Both the position numbers and the translations under genes were made by a program. 64,000 bases of DNA from assembly GCF_006345805.1 (NCBI RefSeq), contig NC_043012.1, forward strand, positions 3,844,001 to 3,908,000, given 5' to 3'. Source of the stretch: Octopus sinensis. Lineage: Eukaryota. Within the stretch, counting starts at the first letter, position 1, and every line of letters starts with the position of its first letter. Shown one piece after another: positions 13,194 through 26,684 of this stretch. Under the pieces are notes generated by a model. That model saw only the letters and a list, made by a program, of their open reading frames with translations. It did no database searches and had not been told where the DNA came from.

Positions 13194-13518
13194 CTCTTTT
13201 TACTTGTTTCAGTCATTTGACTGCAGCCTTTAGTCGGAGCAAATCGACCCCGGGACTTATTCTTTGTAAGCCCAGTACTTATTTTATCGGTCTCTTTTGC
13301 CGAACCGGTTGTCAAGCAATGCTGGGGGGACAAACACAGACACACAAACATATACGACAGGCTTCTTTCAGTTTCCGTCTACCAAATCCACTCACAAGGC
13401 ATTGGTCGGCCTGGGGCTATAGCAGAAGACACTTGCCCAAGATGCCACGCAGTGGGACTGAACCCGGAACCATGTGGTTGGTTAGCAAGCTACTTACCAC
13501 ACAGCCACTCCTGCGCCT
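13194..13518 (-). mobile_element. Young tRNA-derived SINE, family A, in the last USP3 intron
   Basis: 13351-13515 is nearly the exact reverse complement of 21806-21970. Confidence 0.92.
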
Positions 13519-14094
13519 ATATTGGTTTATAAACAATTTTTTTTAATGTAAAGCATCTCAGGTGATGAATGGTGCCTCGAGTAATGAGTACACAGGCTGG
13601 CCACAACACTTGGCAACAAGCTGGGTGCATCAGTGTAGGGGAGAGTGTCAGTTGATGCCTAGCATTCATTCAGTGCACATCCCTGCTTGAATTTGCTGTG
13701 CTTTCTCTTGACTTTCTGATGGCAGAAATAGTTTTGGTTTACTAACATTTCAGGCATTCAGGAATGAATTAAATTCATAAACTAATGCTCCAATGTATCT
13801 GCTCCTGCAACAATATTTCATTACAATGTAGTAAAATATTTGCATCATTAAGATGGTAGATGCAATCTCAGTACATACAGTCTCCTTTGTTGATTCATGC
13901 AAGCTATATTGATCACACACACACACACACTTGGTGAAATTATAATAAATGCAGTCAGAAATATTTCCCAAGAAGTGTAGCAATTTAAGAAATAGCAATG
14001 ACTTCACTTATTGAAAAGTTATGTTGTACATTAGAGAATATTTTCAACAAAGTTAAATACAAAAGTCCATTTGAATTGCAGAAATTCATCTCAC

Positions 14095-14135
14095 CTTTGT
14101 GAATAGCATATGAAGTATAATGTCCTGAACCAGCA
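14095..14135 (-). CDS. USP3: USP3-like exon, 41 nt (catalytic His box)
   Basis: tttccatttgtCAG / (G)AGSGHYTSYAIHK(G) / GTgaga; phases 2 to 1 fit both neighbours. Confidence 0.92.
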
Positions 14136-14628
14136 CTGACAAATGGAAAACAAAACAAACGAATTAGATTGTTTTTACTGATTGGATATATTTCAATAAT
14201 TTAATGTTACAAACAACTACACAACAAATGTTAGATATTTTATATAATTTATATCAATACCATATAAGGAAGCTTACTGAAGTTTCTGGAAGTAATGTCT
14301 TAGTTATTCTGCTACACTAAAATTATAAAAACTAATCATCATCATCATCATCATCATCATTCATGCTTGTATGGGTCAGACAGAATTTGTTGATGCAAAT
14401 CTATGGCCAGGTGCCCTTGCTGTTACCAACTCTCATGTATTTCAAGTAAGGAATAAACACTACTTATATGATGGTGGTGTTTGTTTACAACCATCACACA
14501 CACACACAAGCTTCATTCAGTTTCTATCAACTAAATCCACTTGCAAGGCTTTGGTCAGTCTGGGGTAACAGTAGAAGACACTTGCCCCACCTCTGCCTTA
14601 ATCTATATGATAAATAATCCCTATAAAC

Positions 14629-14806
14629 CAGGGGTCTCCAAAGTAGTCAATATCAACCCCTTGGGGTCAATAGGGCTATTCAAAGAGTCGATAAATGCAC
14701 ATCTACTTAATTATTATTTATTTATTTTCTTTACATGCTTGAGGGTTGATGAGGGGTTAAGGACTCCATGAAGAGGTCAATGGTCTAAAAAGTTTGGGAG
14801 CCCCTG
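14629..14806. mobile_element. hAT-like MITE
   Basis: Ends caggggtctccaaa / tttgggagcccctg; 8-bp TSD ctataaac/ctctaaac. Confidence 0.8.
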
Positions 14807-15339
14807 CTCTAAACGTTTTAAAAAGAAAAAGAAAAAAAATTGAGACAATCATCATCATTGTTTTACGTCTCTTTCCATGCTGGCATGGGTTGAATGAGAC
14901 TTATTGAGGCAGTCTTCTACAGCCTGATAGCCTGTCTCGCTCCAACCCCTACTTCTTTTCTCAAGTAAAGTACTTTCTTCTAATAGTCTACACACACCAA
15001 ACCACTGAGGAAGGCATGCTACTCAGGCATTTAGAATGCTAAGATAAAGAAAAGATAAAGCTGTAATAAACAAACAGACGATGTAGAAATCTAGAGTTTC
15101 CAAACCTACCTTGGGGAGTAGTAACTAAAAAAAGATACAAAGATACAGAGTAGAGGGAACACTTTAGTTCTGACATGGTAAAAACTCAATGCCAGTAGCA
15201 AGATAAAACACACCCAATTCTTGCTGCAAGTGGATGGCAAGGAAGAGCATCTAACCATAAATTCTAAAGGACTCGCAACAAACCATACAGGCTTGGATGA
15301 TGGACATAAAACAATTAAAGAGGATGATGTGAGATCATA

Positions 15340-15535
15340 GTTGTGGCTGATGTCAGTGTTTCGCAACTGGCACGTAAATAGCACCTACTACATTCTTGGA
15401 ATGGTTGGCATTAGGAAGGGCACCCAGCTGTAGAAACCATGTGAAATCAGATTGGAACCTGGTGCAGCTCCCCAGCTAACCAGTTTCAGTCAAACCGTCT
15501 AACCCATGCCAGTATGGAAAACGGACGTTAAATGA
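15340..15535 (+). mobile_element. RTE-LINE/SINE 3' tail fragment
   Basis: gaagggcacccagctgtagaaacc...aacccatgccagtatggaaaacggacgttaaatg, also at 21655-21800 and 57545-57693. Confidence 0.7.
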
Positions 15536-16893
15536 AGAAATTATGCCAAAACTGAGAACATACAAATGAGATACGATCCTCCAACCCGTCTTAGACAGTT
15601 GTAACACTGAATAAGAACCTACTCAGAGAGGGATGACCCATCCGTTCCTTACCAACACTGAAAGCAGACTGATAATGATGATAAAATCTGACATTCAATA
15701 TCAGATGAATCTAAAATAAAATAACAAAACATTCCATAGAAGTTGTTAGTTTGATTGAAAAGCCAGGATCAATATTTTTGGTGAAGAATATTAATGTTGT
15801 TTGAACCAGAAATAAGGAGTTTAGTTTAAGATGATAAAAGAAACTGTTTGTGAATAACTTCCCTTGCTTTGAGTAAACAATATTTTTGGAGAGTGGTACC
15901 TTATCTACTTGACAATAGGGGTAATATCAATTAATGAGTATGCCTTTATAGGAAATTCTTCAATTTCTTTATATATATATATTTAATCATTAGATGGCAG
16001 CTTGTTGAAGGACTGTCTTCAAAGATTTTATTTAACCTCAAAGACAAAAGGCAAAAATCACTAAATTTGAAGGGGAGGCAACAAAGGCAGATTGAAATAA
16101 GAGTATTTTTGATGCATCAACTTTTTGACATCACACACACATCCGTTAGACATCAAGACAATTTCTTTCTACCAAATTTAACTACACTAAGGTAGAAGAC
16201 ACTGGTCTATGCTGTCAGCTGGAGTGGGATTGAACCAGGCATTACATGGTTGCAAAAGAAACGTTTGCCACACAGCCATGCTAATATGTTATATGATCTG
16301 ACTAAATCATTTATAAGAAACTGTGGTTTAATCACATATAGATGATGGACAAACCACAAACTATATCTAAACATAGTGACATATCCATAAGAATTATTTA
16401 GAAATGTTAACTTGAACCAGAAAAAAAGAGCAGACGAGTTGGAAGAAAATGGGAAATTTAACTTCTGTTACTAAAATAAAGTTAGTTTATTTATAAATAA
16501 AATTTCATATACACATTTAAGAAAGAATAGTAAGAACAGCCAAAGTGAAATGTAAGAGGAAAATAAAATGCTGCATTTGTAGTCAGTAAATGTGAGATAT
16601 ATAAGGTTGTTAAATTTACACAGTTAGCAGCAAGGGATTATTTGCAAATTGTATTTTATTATGAAAATGTTTGATAACAACAAAGTTAAAAGAGGGATAA
16701 ATATAAAGTAGCAACATGTTGGATACACATACACTGGAGATATTTTAAAGTAAGATAAAACTCAGTGATGATCTAAAAGAAAAATGTGATAAAGATAATT
16801 GTGAGTGAACTTCTGAAATGGTGAAAACTTGTGACATGATTCTAACTAAATAATAGTGGAGATAATATTCACAAAATCAGAAAATAAACTCAC

Positions 16894-16967
16894 CCAGAAC
16901 CATGGTGGACAATAACAGCAGCTAAATCATAAAGGTTGCTGCCAGAGAAGCTACCTCGTGTCTCATG
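16894..16967 (-). CDS. USP3: USP3-like exon, 74 nt
   Basis: gtcatttttaCAG / HETRGSFSGSNLYDLAAVIVHHGS(G) / GTGAGT. Confidence 0.92.
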
Positions 16968-18869
16968 CTGTAAAAATGACAGTATTCCCGATTAGAAGAC
17001 TACAAACAAAACTTTCTTTTTCTTTCTTTTTTTTTTCAATAGAAATTTTAGGATACATAATTTTAGAAATGGAAGCAAAAAACTGAAAATGTTTTAAGGT
17101 GGCTGCCAAAAACTCAAAGGAATTCATGAGTATCCCAAGTAAAAACAATGAAAACAACAAATAAAAAAAAGACTTAAGAGTGTTAAATCTCAGACATATT
17201 CTCGGTCATTGGTATAAGGGGAACAAAACTCAGTCAGACATTAATACTGTAGACTATTTCTATATAAATGTATAGATTCTCACCACAATCTGATACAAAA
17301 CACACACACAATGGACTTTCCCTAACAAGGTGTTGATCAAGCCAGTCTTTCACACAAGGCACTTGTCCAAAATGCTGAACAATAAGACCAAACCTGGAAC
17401 ATGAATGGGTAATGCAAACTTCTTAGGCATACAGACATGATCCTGCTCAAAAGGATTGTTGAATTCATTGTTCCTCTACATTACATTGTGACTAAACATT
17501 GTTAGCTGGCCCAATTATCTACTAAACAGGAAGCAGTGGATGTATATTCTCCATCTTAAGATAATGTACAATGAGAAATGAACAAGAAATAGATAACATA
17601 TTCAGTTCAAAAAGGAAGGTTTAATGAAACAGCTTGTTCCAGGTGGGTTTAAAATATTTTCTGAAGTACCTACTCTAAAACAAGAAAATACTTCTCCCTT
17701 GAATCATTAAATCAAGTAAAAATATGTTCTACACTTCAAGCCAATGAGGGAACCTCTATACAGCCACCCAACCTGCAAAAAACAGCAGTGAATCACTTTC
17801 AAATCACAGACTTCAGTTCTTGATATACAAAATGACAGCTGGTCATGTCTGAAACACTTCTGATTGGATGTCTGCTTGATCGGAACTAACCTGGGATTGA
17901 GCAGCAACAAAATTTTATTCTCATATCTCAGACACAGATTCACATTTTAATCAGCAAAGTATAATAAAACAACGTAAAGTATACTAGCCATCTCAATATG
18001 GCTAACCACTAAGGGTGGATGTTACTGTAGCTTTTAGCCCCAGGAGATCATAAAACAGTTGTCCAGTTGATGGCTAACTTTTTGGTCACTAGCTAACCAT
18101 TGGGTTATGTGCATACCAACACAAGTGTATGCATGCATAAATTTACGACACAGTCACACAATCTTCCCCCCATACACACACAAAACAGTAACAGAAAGAG
18201 TGGTGTGTAGAAGGTGAAGAGGAAGATATTTGCAAACAAAACATGATTCAGAAACCAGATTTACTAAAAATAAAGTAAAATATCACAAAAATAAAATAAA
18301 ACAACCAAATGACAGTTTTTGTGATGAAATAAATTTCTTCTGAATGGTATAAAAGATTAAGACCTGCATCATAACAGATGCATTAAAACAGATCTGAAGA
18401 ACACGAGTTTTTGGCCACCAAAGACAATGAGGCTGAACTAGTAAAAAAATTAATTAATTGATTAAAACACACATAACAAACACACTAAATACTGGTGTTG
18501 ACATGAACGAATGATATTTTGTACATTTTAATCCTGCTTTTTTTGCTTGCTTTTAACAACCCCAGAATTTAATGAGATAAAACAGTTCATTTGAATTTCA
18601 TTTTAATTTTACAACTAATGACATGTAAAAAGAAAACAGAAAAAAATGGAAAGCATGATGATGAGGTTGCATTTTAATTTAAATTATTTATCCAATAATT
18701 TTTATGTTTAAGAAAAGTTGTTTGAGTCCAAGACAAAAGTAGACTGTACAACTTCTATTCATAAAGACAAGGTGGAAGATAATTTCATGTGATTGAAATG
18801 CAGTGGAAAAATAAAAACAAAAAGAAACATTGGCCAGTACTGGGTCAAACAGCATGTATACTAACTTAC

Positions 18870-18989
18870 CAAGTTGTTTAACACATATCGGTTCATATCA
18901 AGACCACGTATTGGAAACTCAACAAAAGTCTCAATTTTTAATCTAAACACAGAATTCCACCGAAATCTCTTCAAATGCAAGCATAAAAC
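18870..18989 (-). CDS. USP3: USP3-like exon, 120 nt
   Basis: tttctattCAG / VLCLHLKRFRWNSVFRLKIETFVEFPIRGLDMNRYVLNNL / GTAAGT. Confidence 0.93.
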
Positions 18990-20607
18990 CTGAATAGAAA
19001 TAATTATGATAGAATGTTATTGGACATAGCACAAAATAAGCTAGAAAGTAAAGCAATGTAAATAGACAGTGAAGAACCTCCCAAATAAAGCTTAGTCAGA
19101 GTGTTGGGGGTTAAATAAGAGGTCACACACACTTAACCTTCAAATAAGGGTTATGTAGTGAGAATGCCAAGTTGTATTTGGGACACTAAATACATATAAA
19201 CTCTTATGAAATTTCTTACAACAAAAACATCGCATACAACAACAATGGTTAAGAGAAAACTGGCTAAACTAGATTCTATTACAGTTGTTACAACAACCAA
19301 CACACAAAATAATTTTAGATGTATTTGTGAACATTAAATGATCGTAAACTAAAGAGAAAAAAAATAACCAGATGGGAACTGAACCTTCATCTCCTGATGC
19401 TATTGATTCTGTACTATTCCTTAGACTGATTATGTTTTATATAGTTTACACCATATAGCTGGAACCATTTTTCATTACCCTGATATATGGTCTGAACACC
19501 ATGAACAGCCTCCTTTAACTAAACACAGAATTTTGAATACATTTTTGGAGGCAGGAAATGGTTCTTTGTAATGTTCATTCTTTTCCAAAGACAAATTAGC
19601 AGCAACAAAGAAGCTGATGGCCTACAGCACAGATCATATTAATGAAAACCAGCTGCAGTGGCGGTATCACTATATATATATGCAGTTGATGTATGCTGAT
19701 GTAATCTTTTAATGAGAGATTAACCCCCTTTTATTCAAGGCAGAAATATACAAGTAGTGACATTCATGCTTACCCCAAGGCTGCTGGAAATGTAATTGAA
19801 GTGAAAAGTCTGGAGTTTAGAATAAAACTTGAGCTACAAACTAATCTTACAAGGAGTCTGTTATATATTTCTGTTATATGCTGCATCAATTTACCAGCAA
19901 AATTACCAATTCTATCACTTTTTATTTCATACCAACATGAAATGTCACTACAATTATTGAGTTGTCAGATAAATTTGTTTGTTTTTTTTCCTGTTTATTT
20001 TAATCCCTTCCAAAGGTATTTGAGTTAACATGAAGAATATCTCTATTGTAATGTTTTATAAGTTATCCATTTTTTTTTTTTTGGTAACTCTCTTCTTCCT
20101 CTGCAACTTTTGTTTATCGTTTTTTTAAATTTTAAATTTGAATAATTTTACCTCTTTTCAGACATATGATGACGGAGTGCCAAGAAAAAAACAAACAGAC
20201 AAACAAAAAACGAATCTATCTGACAACTCAATACCATTTGTGAGAAATAATTATGATTTCTAACATAAAGAGCAAGGTCAAATATTTTGGGAAGAGATAA
20301 AGCCAAATATATTGACTCCAGTAACTGATTGGTACTTCTTTATCAACCATTGGAATTGTATTTTCTGAATACAATTTTCATAATAGTACACAGATACAAA
20401 AGCAGAAATACTTTAGATACAATAAAGTCTCTAGATGCGAACAAAGAAGAAATAAGCTGCAGACTAACAAAATGTGTTTTTGTAGAATTAAGAAATAAAA
20501 CTGACTAATTACCAACAATTAAAACAAGACAACAATCAACATTTTAAAAGATATCTGAATAAGCAGAAGGAAATAGAACTATGAATAAATAACAAGAATC
20601 TATTTAC

Positions 20608-20726
20608 ATTTGGTAAACGTCTAATCCAAAACTTTTTAGTTGAATGTTGTTTTTTCTTACAGTTGCTACACATATAAAGTTCTGATTCTTCTAATTCTTC
20701 TATATCTGTGAAACTGGTCAAACAAT
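20608..20726 (-). CDS. USP3: USP3-like exon, 119 nt (fingers subdomain CxxC)
   Basis: actttttCAG / (D)CLTSFTDIEELEESELYMCSNCKKKQHSTKKFWIRRLPN / GTaaat. Confidence 0.93.
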
Positions 20727-21173
20727 CTGAAAAAGTAAATATAAAAAAAATTATAAATTCAATTAATAAATAATAATAATAATGATGATGATGGTTTCAT
20801 AAATAAGAACATGACTGCAAGATTAATGGGGGGGGGAGAGTCAATTAATAATAATAACTGATAGGCACAAGTGTGGCTGTTTGGTAAGAAGTTTGCTTCC
20901 CAACCACATGGTTCAAGGTTCAGTCCCATTGAATGACACCCTGGGGAAGACCAATGCTTTGTGAGTGGATTTGGCAGATGGGCGCTGAAACAAGCCACTA
21001 TATATATATATATATATACAAAATGAGAAAATGGAGAAACATACCTAAATCAATTATCAACCATCAGATAATACCCACTCAATACTTTATTAAACCATTA
21101 CACAACAGCAATGACATTATACATAATATATTACAAATATAACTAGACATAGAAATAGAAATAGAAAATACAA

Positions 21174-21305
21174 TTACATTGTAGCTGACAGCTGTTTCGG
21201 CCGTGAAGACAGGTATGTCCCATTTAACCTATTAGCCATATAAAGCAGGTATAAATGAGACATTAACAAGAATGTCTCACGGCCTCTTCAGAGAATTTAA
21301 TGTAA
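21174..21305 (-). ncRNA. Type I hammerhead ribozyme with enlarged stem II, in a USP3 intron on the sense strand
   Basis: CUGAAGA 21291-21285; stem II GGCCGUGA/UCACGGCC (8 bp); GAA 21198-21196; palindromic stem III ACAGCUGU 21195-21188; GUC cleavage triplet ending 21187; stem I of 2 bp, an internal loop and 7 bp (UUACAUU/AAUGUAA). Confidence 0.7.
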
Positions 21306-21802
21306 GTATGAAAAAATTTACATATAAATATAAAAATGTGTGCATAGACACTCATAATTCTACACATATATATATACACAATAATACAATATAAACAATA
21401 TATATTGATCATATGAAAAATAAATAGTTCAGCTATGGGCAGTGTTGCCTGCTGTTGTTTCCTTGTTAAACTGTCCAATAGCTTTGCATTTGCAAAGCTA
21501 AGTGGAATGTAAACTCCTTTATTAAAGGTTAGATGCAGAAAATGCTTCAAGAATATGTATTAGTCAACCTTTTGCTAGCATAGGAAAATATAAAAAAAGA
21601 CATAAAATAAATTTATGACTCTCTGTCTGTCCGTCCGTCTGTACACATAAACGTTTGGAGTGGTTGGTGTTAGGAAGAGCATCAAGCTGTAGGAACCATA
21701 CCAGATTAGATTGGAACCTGGTGCAGCTCCCCGGCGTACCAGTTTCAATCAAACCATCTAACCCATGCCAGCATGGAAAGCAAACACTAAATGATGATTG
21801 AT

Positions 21803-22200
21803 AGACGCAGGAGTGGCTGTGTGGTAAGTAGCTTGCTAACCAACCACATGGTTCCGGGTTCAGTCCCACTGCGTGGCATCTTGGGCAAGTGTCTTCTGCT
21901 ATAGCCCCGGGCCGACCAATGCCTTGTGAGTGGATTTGGTAGACGGAAACTGAAAGAAGCCTGTCGTATATATGCATATATATATGTGTATGTGTGTGTA
22001 TGTGTTTGTCTCCCTAGCATTGCTTGACAACCGATGCTGGTGTGTTTACGTCCCCGTCACTTAGCAGTTCGGCAAAAGAGACCGATAGAATAAGTACTGG
22101 GCTTACAAAGAATAAGTCCCGGGTTCAATTTGCTCGACTAAAGGCGGTGCTCCAGCATGGCCGCAGTCAAATGACTGAAACAAGTAAAAGAGTAAAAGAG

Positions 22201-22201
<1 letters not shown>
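21803..22201 (+). mobile_element. Full-length young tRNA-derived SINE, family A
   Basis: A/B-box-like head (tggctgtgtggtaag / gggttcagtcc), central microsatellite, gtaaaagag tail. Confidence 0.93.
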
Positions 22202-22249
<48 letters not shown>

Positions 22250-22326
22250 CATACAAAGAGAGAGAGATGCAGTAAAACTTATTTGTAACATCTCACAATA
22301 TAGAGAAAGAAACTGCTTGTACTCAC

Positions 22327-22410
22327 CAGTTAATTTACACCTTCCTTCACTTTCTTTGGATTTGAGAGCTGTTTTTGAACAATACTGGATTGGAATATCT
22401 ATTGATAAAT
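22327..22410 (-). CDS. USP3: USP3-like exon, 84 nt
   Basis: tattttcTAG / (D)LSIDIPIQYCSKTALKSKESEGRCKLT(D) / GTGAGT. Confidence 0.9.
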
Positions 22411-22968
22411 CTAGAAAATAAAGTAAAATAAAAAGAAATACTGAGAATAATATCAGTCTATTTACATGTATATTGTCAGTATAAGCTAATCATTCTCAAT
22501 GGGATTCATAAGGCCTCCTGAGTGGCCAAGCCAAATTTGGAGAAGACCTCAGCCTGAAAACTGAAAAAGAGGGCCCCAATACATTTCAAGTGAGCTATGT
22601 GCAAACCCTTTTTACATCAAACCCTAAAACCTGAGAAGAGATCCTAAGGGAGCCACGACTGGTATAAATTGTGCATGTGATTAGGATTTCATACAACCAA
22701 ATAGTTATATCTGTTACCTCTATCTGCAAGTATATATATATATATATACATACACACACATATATACACACTTATGCGCATGCACACAATAATTTCACTT
22801 GCTTTTATTAAAAAGTCCAATACATAATGTTTTTTTGAAAAGACTGCATCTGCTCAGTTGTTTCACAGTATCAAAATTGGTTAAAAGAAAGGGTTTACTC
22901 AGAACATTATTTTCTATACATGTCTAAGATAACTTCCTTTTTCTACCTTGTACAACAACTGTCTATAT

Positions 22969-23287
22969 CAGTGGTCCTCAACCATTTTTCATCTATGGAC
23001 CCCTTTGATTACTAATTTGCTCTGGTGGAGCCCCATAACCATTCAATGTTTAAAAACTAGTTTTATAGATACTTCTTTCAAAATTGTTATTTTGTTTTTC
23101 ACACATTAACTTATGTAGGTTGAACTATGTAAAATGTTTGAGAAAGAAACACAGCTGTTTCTCACAATAAATCCATTTATAGCCAAATTTTTTCATGGAG
23201 CCTTAATATACTACTGTGGGTCCCCAATTTACTATTTTGGTTGCATGGATCTCCAGGGGTCATATGGACTCCGGTTGAGAACCACTG
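22969..23287. mobile_element. hAT-like MITE
   Basis: TIR cagtggtcctcaacc / ggttgagaaccactg (14/15); homologous to 38728-39269; TSD decayed. Confidence 0.8.
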
Positions 23288-23992
23288 GTCAAGTTGTTGT
23301 TCAACCAAAGTCTGCCTCTAATCAAGTACATCTATGATCCAAAGCATTTCACCTGGTCTTTTATTTCAGATATAGTGTAATTAGAAATCTATTATCCAAT
23401 CTAAATTACCTTATTTTTCTTAAAAACAGAGTGTGATGGAGATTTAGCTACTATTTTTAGTGACCAAGCAAGCAATCACATAGAGGCCTCCTCTTTGGCT
23501 TGAACAACTAGAGCTGCCTGGTATTGGGAAAATGTCCAGGTATTAGTTGTTTGATCATTATCATCATAGATAAGCAGAATTAATAAAATAGAGAACAAAG
23601 TACTTTGACACTCTCTTCACATTCTGAGTTTAAATTCAACCAGGGTCAACTTTACCTTTAAATTTTTTTGGAGTTGATAAAATAAAATACTACTTGAGTA
23701 AAAGAGGTCAATCTAATCGACTAAACCTTCTCTCTAAAATATATGGCCTTGTACCCATATTAGTTAGTTAATTCTCTCCGTGCCATGAGGCACATATGAC
23801 CACAATAGTCTCTCCAACCAGCTCAGTTCTTTTCCCCTGTCCTGGTCTCATTCCAGTTTTTCCATCCTTCTTGTCTCCTTCCGTTGCCATTGGTCCTTCA
23901 CCATGTAGTTTTAGCCTGCCCTGTTGCTCTTTTCCCTTAGGTTGTCACTTTAGTGCTACCATACAATCACTTTCTGGATCTTGCCTGAGGAC

Positions 23993-24024
<32 letters not shown>

Positions 24025-24274
24025 TATGTTTGACTTTTGCTTTATATTTGTACAAGTTGGCTCCAAGTCTCACCCAGAGACCTCAAGAGACAACAGGTTG
24101 GAAGTTCATGTTGTTGTTATGCCTAGTGTGCCATATATTTGGTTTTGTATTTAGTGTTGTACTAGTGAATGTTTAAAAAAAAAAACATACAAAAATTATG
24201 TTTGTTTTAAAACTTGAGATTACATAGAAAGTATTATTATTATTATTATTATTATTAATCATCATCATCATTAA

Positions 24275-24680
24275 GGTAGCAAACTGATAGAACCATTAGC
24301 ACATTGCACAAAATGCTTAGTACCATTTCTTCCAGTCTTACACTGGAATGTTGCCAAGGTTGACTTTGTCAGTCATCCTTTTGGGGTTCATAAACTGAGT
24401 CCTAGTTGAGCACGGAGGTTAATGTAATCGACAACCTCCTCCTCCACCACAAAATTCCAGGCCTTGTGCTTGTATTATGACTATTATAAGGCGGTGAACA
24501 GCGAAATCATAAGTACACTGGGCATTTTGACTGTCCTTACATTCTGAGTTCAATTTCTTCTAAGGCTGACTTTGCCTTTCAACTTTTCAGGGTCAATAAA
24601 ATAAGTATCAGTAGTCAATTTGCCCCATGCCTCCCCTGAAATTGCTAGCCTTGTGCCAAAATATGAAACCAATACTATGA
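24275..24680 (+). mobile_element. Two diverged family B SINEs in tandem
   Basis: Heads at about 24275 and 24489, each with ttagcac...gcaaaatgctt-like and gactttgcc motifs. Confidence 0.65.
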
Positions 24681-24785
24681 TTAATATTATCTTTATACTC
24701 ATCATTCTCCACATCATCATCATTGCCATCACTAAATTAAACTAAATATCACAAAAGAAAGAAAAGGAAGAAAAACGATGATTAC

Positions 24786-25006
24786 CAAGAAAAGGATCGT
24801 GTTTTTTAGATTCCATATTACATATCAAACAATTGACCTCATTCTGAAGTAAACCACCGAAAATGGCAGTCACAATTGTACTTTTGCCTTTTGGACCAAT
24901 AAACGGACTGTTGTCATTTGGGTACGGTAAAAGAGTGAGTAATTCTGTATGTAGTCGGTCTAATAAGTAGCGCATGAACTCGTGGGCATCTTGTTGTTGG
25001 TAACCT
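24786..25006 (-). CDS. USP3: USP3-like exon, 221 nt (QQDAHEF box)
   Basis: ttcccatatttCAG / (R)GYQQQDAHEFMRYLLDRLHTELL...STIVTAIFGGLLQNEVNCLICNMESKKHDPFL(D) / GTaatc. Confidence 0.94.
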
Positions 25007-25226
25007 CTGAAATATGGGAAACAGTGATTTGTTCACATTTTGCATCAAAGTGGATTACATTAAAGCAGAAGCAGTAATAACAATTAGTAGTAGTAGCAGT
25101 AGTAGTAGTCAGTAATAAATTTTCACATATTAAGGAAACAATAATCATTATGGAATGAAGATGCTGAAAGTTATGAAATTTAGTAATTTGGGGCTGCTCT
25201 GAGATTCAAAAGTTTGGACTATTTAA

Positions 25227-25457
25227 CCCTTTAGCATTAAAACCAGTGATATCTGGCCCTAATATTCTACCTGTTTTATATTCAAGCCAGCCAGATCCAG
25301 CCTTTCACACCCACCCAACAATGTTATTCTAAAATTAAAAAAAATTACATCATCAACATCATCGAAATCTAGAACCTTTGAGATAATGCATGGTTAATCC
25401 AAAACAACATGGATAAATAAGTATTGCATGTGACAGAGTAATCTGAACACTAAAGCT
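25227..25457. mobile_element. piggyBac-like MITE
   Basis: TTAA-ccctttagcatt ... aacactaaagct-TTAA; homologous to the outer element at 5037-5477. Confidence 0.75.
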
Positions 25458-25759
25458 TTAATGACCGATACCGAAGGTAATAAAATTGGTAGAGCAAGAT
25501 AAACCACCACCATCATCATCATCATCATTTAACATCCGCTTTCTATGCTGGCATGGGTTGAACGGTTTGATTGAGGACTGGCAAGCCAGGAGGCTGCACC
25601 AGGCTCCAATCTGATTACGCATGGATATATTATACAAACAAGTGCTAATTAACGCATTGATATATTATACAAATATATACTAATTTGAGCCCTGTCAGCA
25701 GGCAGCAGCTGCTTGGGATTGTTGCAAATTGGTAATTATGTCTAATATCATTCTACATT

Positions 25760-26210
25760 GATGAAGGCGTATGGTTTAGTGGTTAGTGTACTCAACCCAC
25801 AATTGTAAGGTCGCGAGTTCGATTCTTGGAGGTACGTTTTTTTCCTATGAGTCCTACTGGCAATTCTGCATTATACTGAATCTTCCCGAGAACTACGTCA
25901 AGGGTATGTGTGTTTGTGGAGTGCTAAACAAGGAAATAAATATGATTATATTTCAGACTGTTTGCCTTATCCTTAAAGATGAAACAATACTTAATATTTA
26001 CAGGAGCAATGTGTTTTGATTGATCTAATTTGTGATTGTCATCAAATGCTTTATTCTCAGATCTGTACATAAAACCAGGTTGGATTTGAACTAGGAACCT
26101 GTATTTTTGAATATGTGGTCATTGCAGTCCCACCACTTAATTCCACGAGCAGGCTGTTCCGTTGATCAGACCAACTGGAACACCCGTCATCATAACTGAC
26201 AGAGTACCAG
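25760..26210 (+). mobile_element. Family C SINE interrupted by a copy of nearby intron sequence
   Basis: 25760-25925 and 26133-26210 are colinear with 45604-45990; 25930-26138 matches 27437-27648. Confidence 0.75.
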
Positions 26211-26684
26211 TTTATTTTACATTGAAAAAACTTAGAAGTTGACTCAGTTAATTTTTATCACTTTTTACAATTGTTCTTCCTTGTTATTTTATTTTCTTGT
26301 GCATATGTCAATACAGATCATCACTTGTTTTCTCTGATTTATTTGTTAATTTTTGAAAATCTAAGGTAACTTTTGACAGACAATACGAAAGCTGGTATGA
26401 AAAATGCTTTAATTTACTAAATATCAATAGTGTTTTAACATGTAATGTAATAAGATGTTGCTATTGCTGTTAAAATGACTCAACTCATCCCTAATTGAGC
26501 CGTCCTTTCATCATACCATCTCCTTTCTTTGAGACAATAAGGTGTGAATTGAGAGAGATTTGGTTATTTCTAACAGGTTGAGCAACTGGTCCCATATTGC
26601 ATTCCAGTTTTAAAAAATGCTTCGACAATGGTTAAACAGTTCTTCAAACTTATGAATATTTGGAATATGTATAAATCTTTTAAC

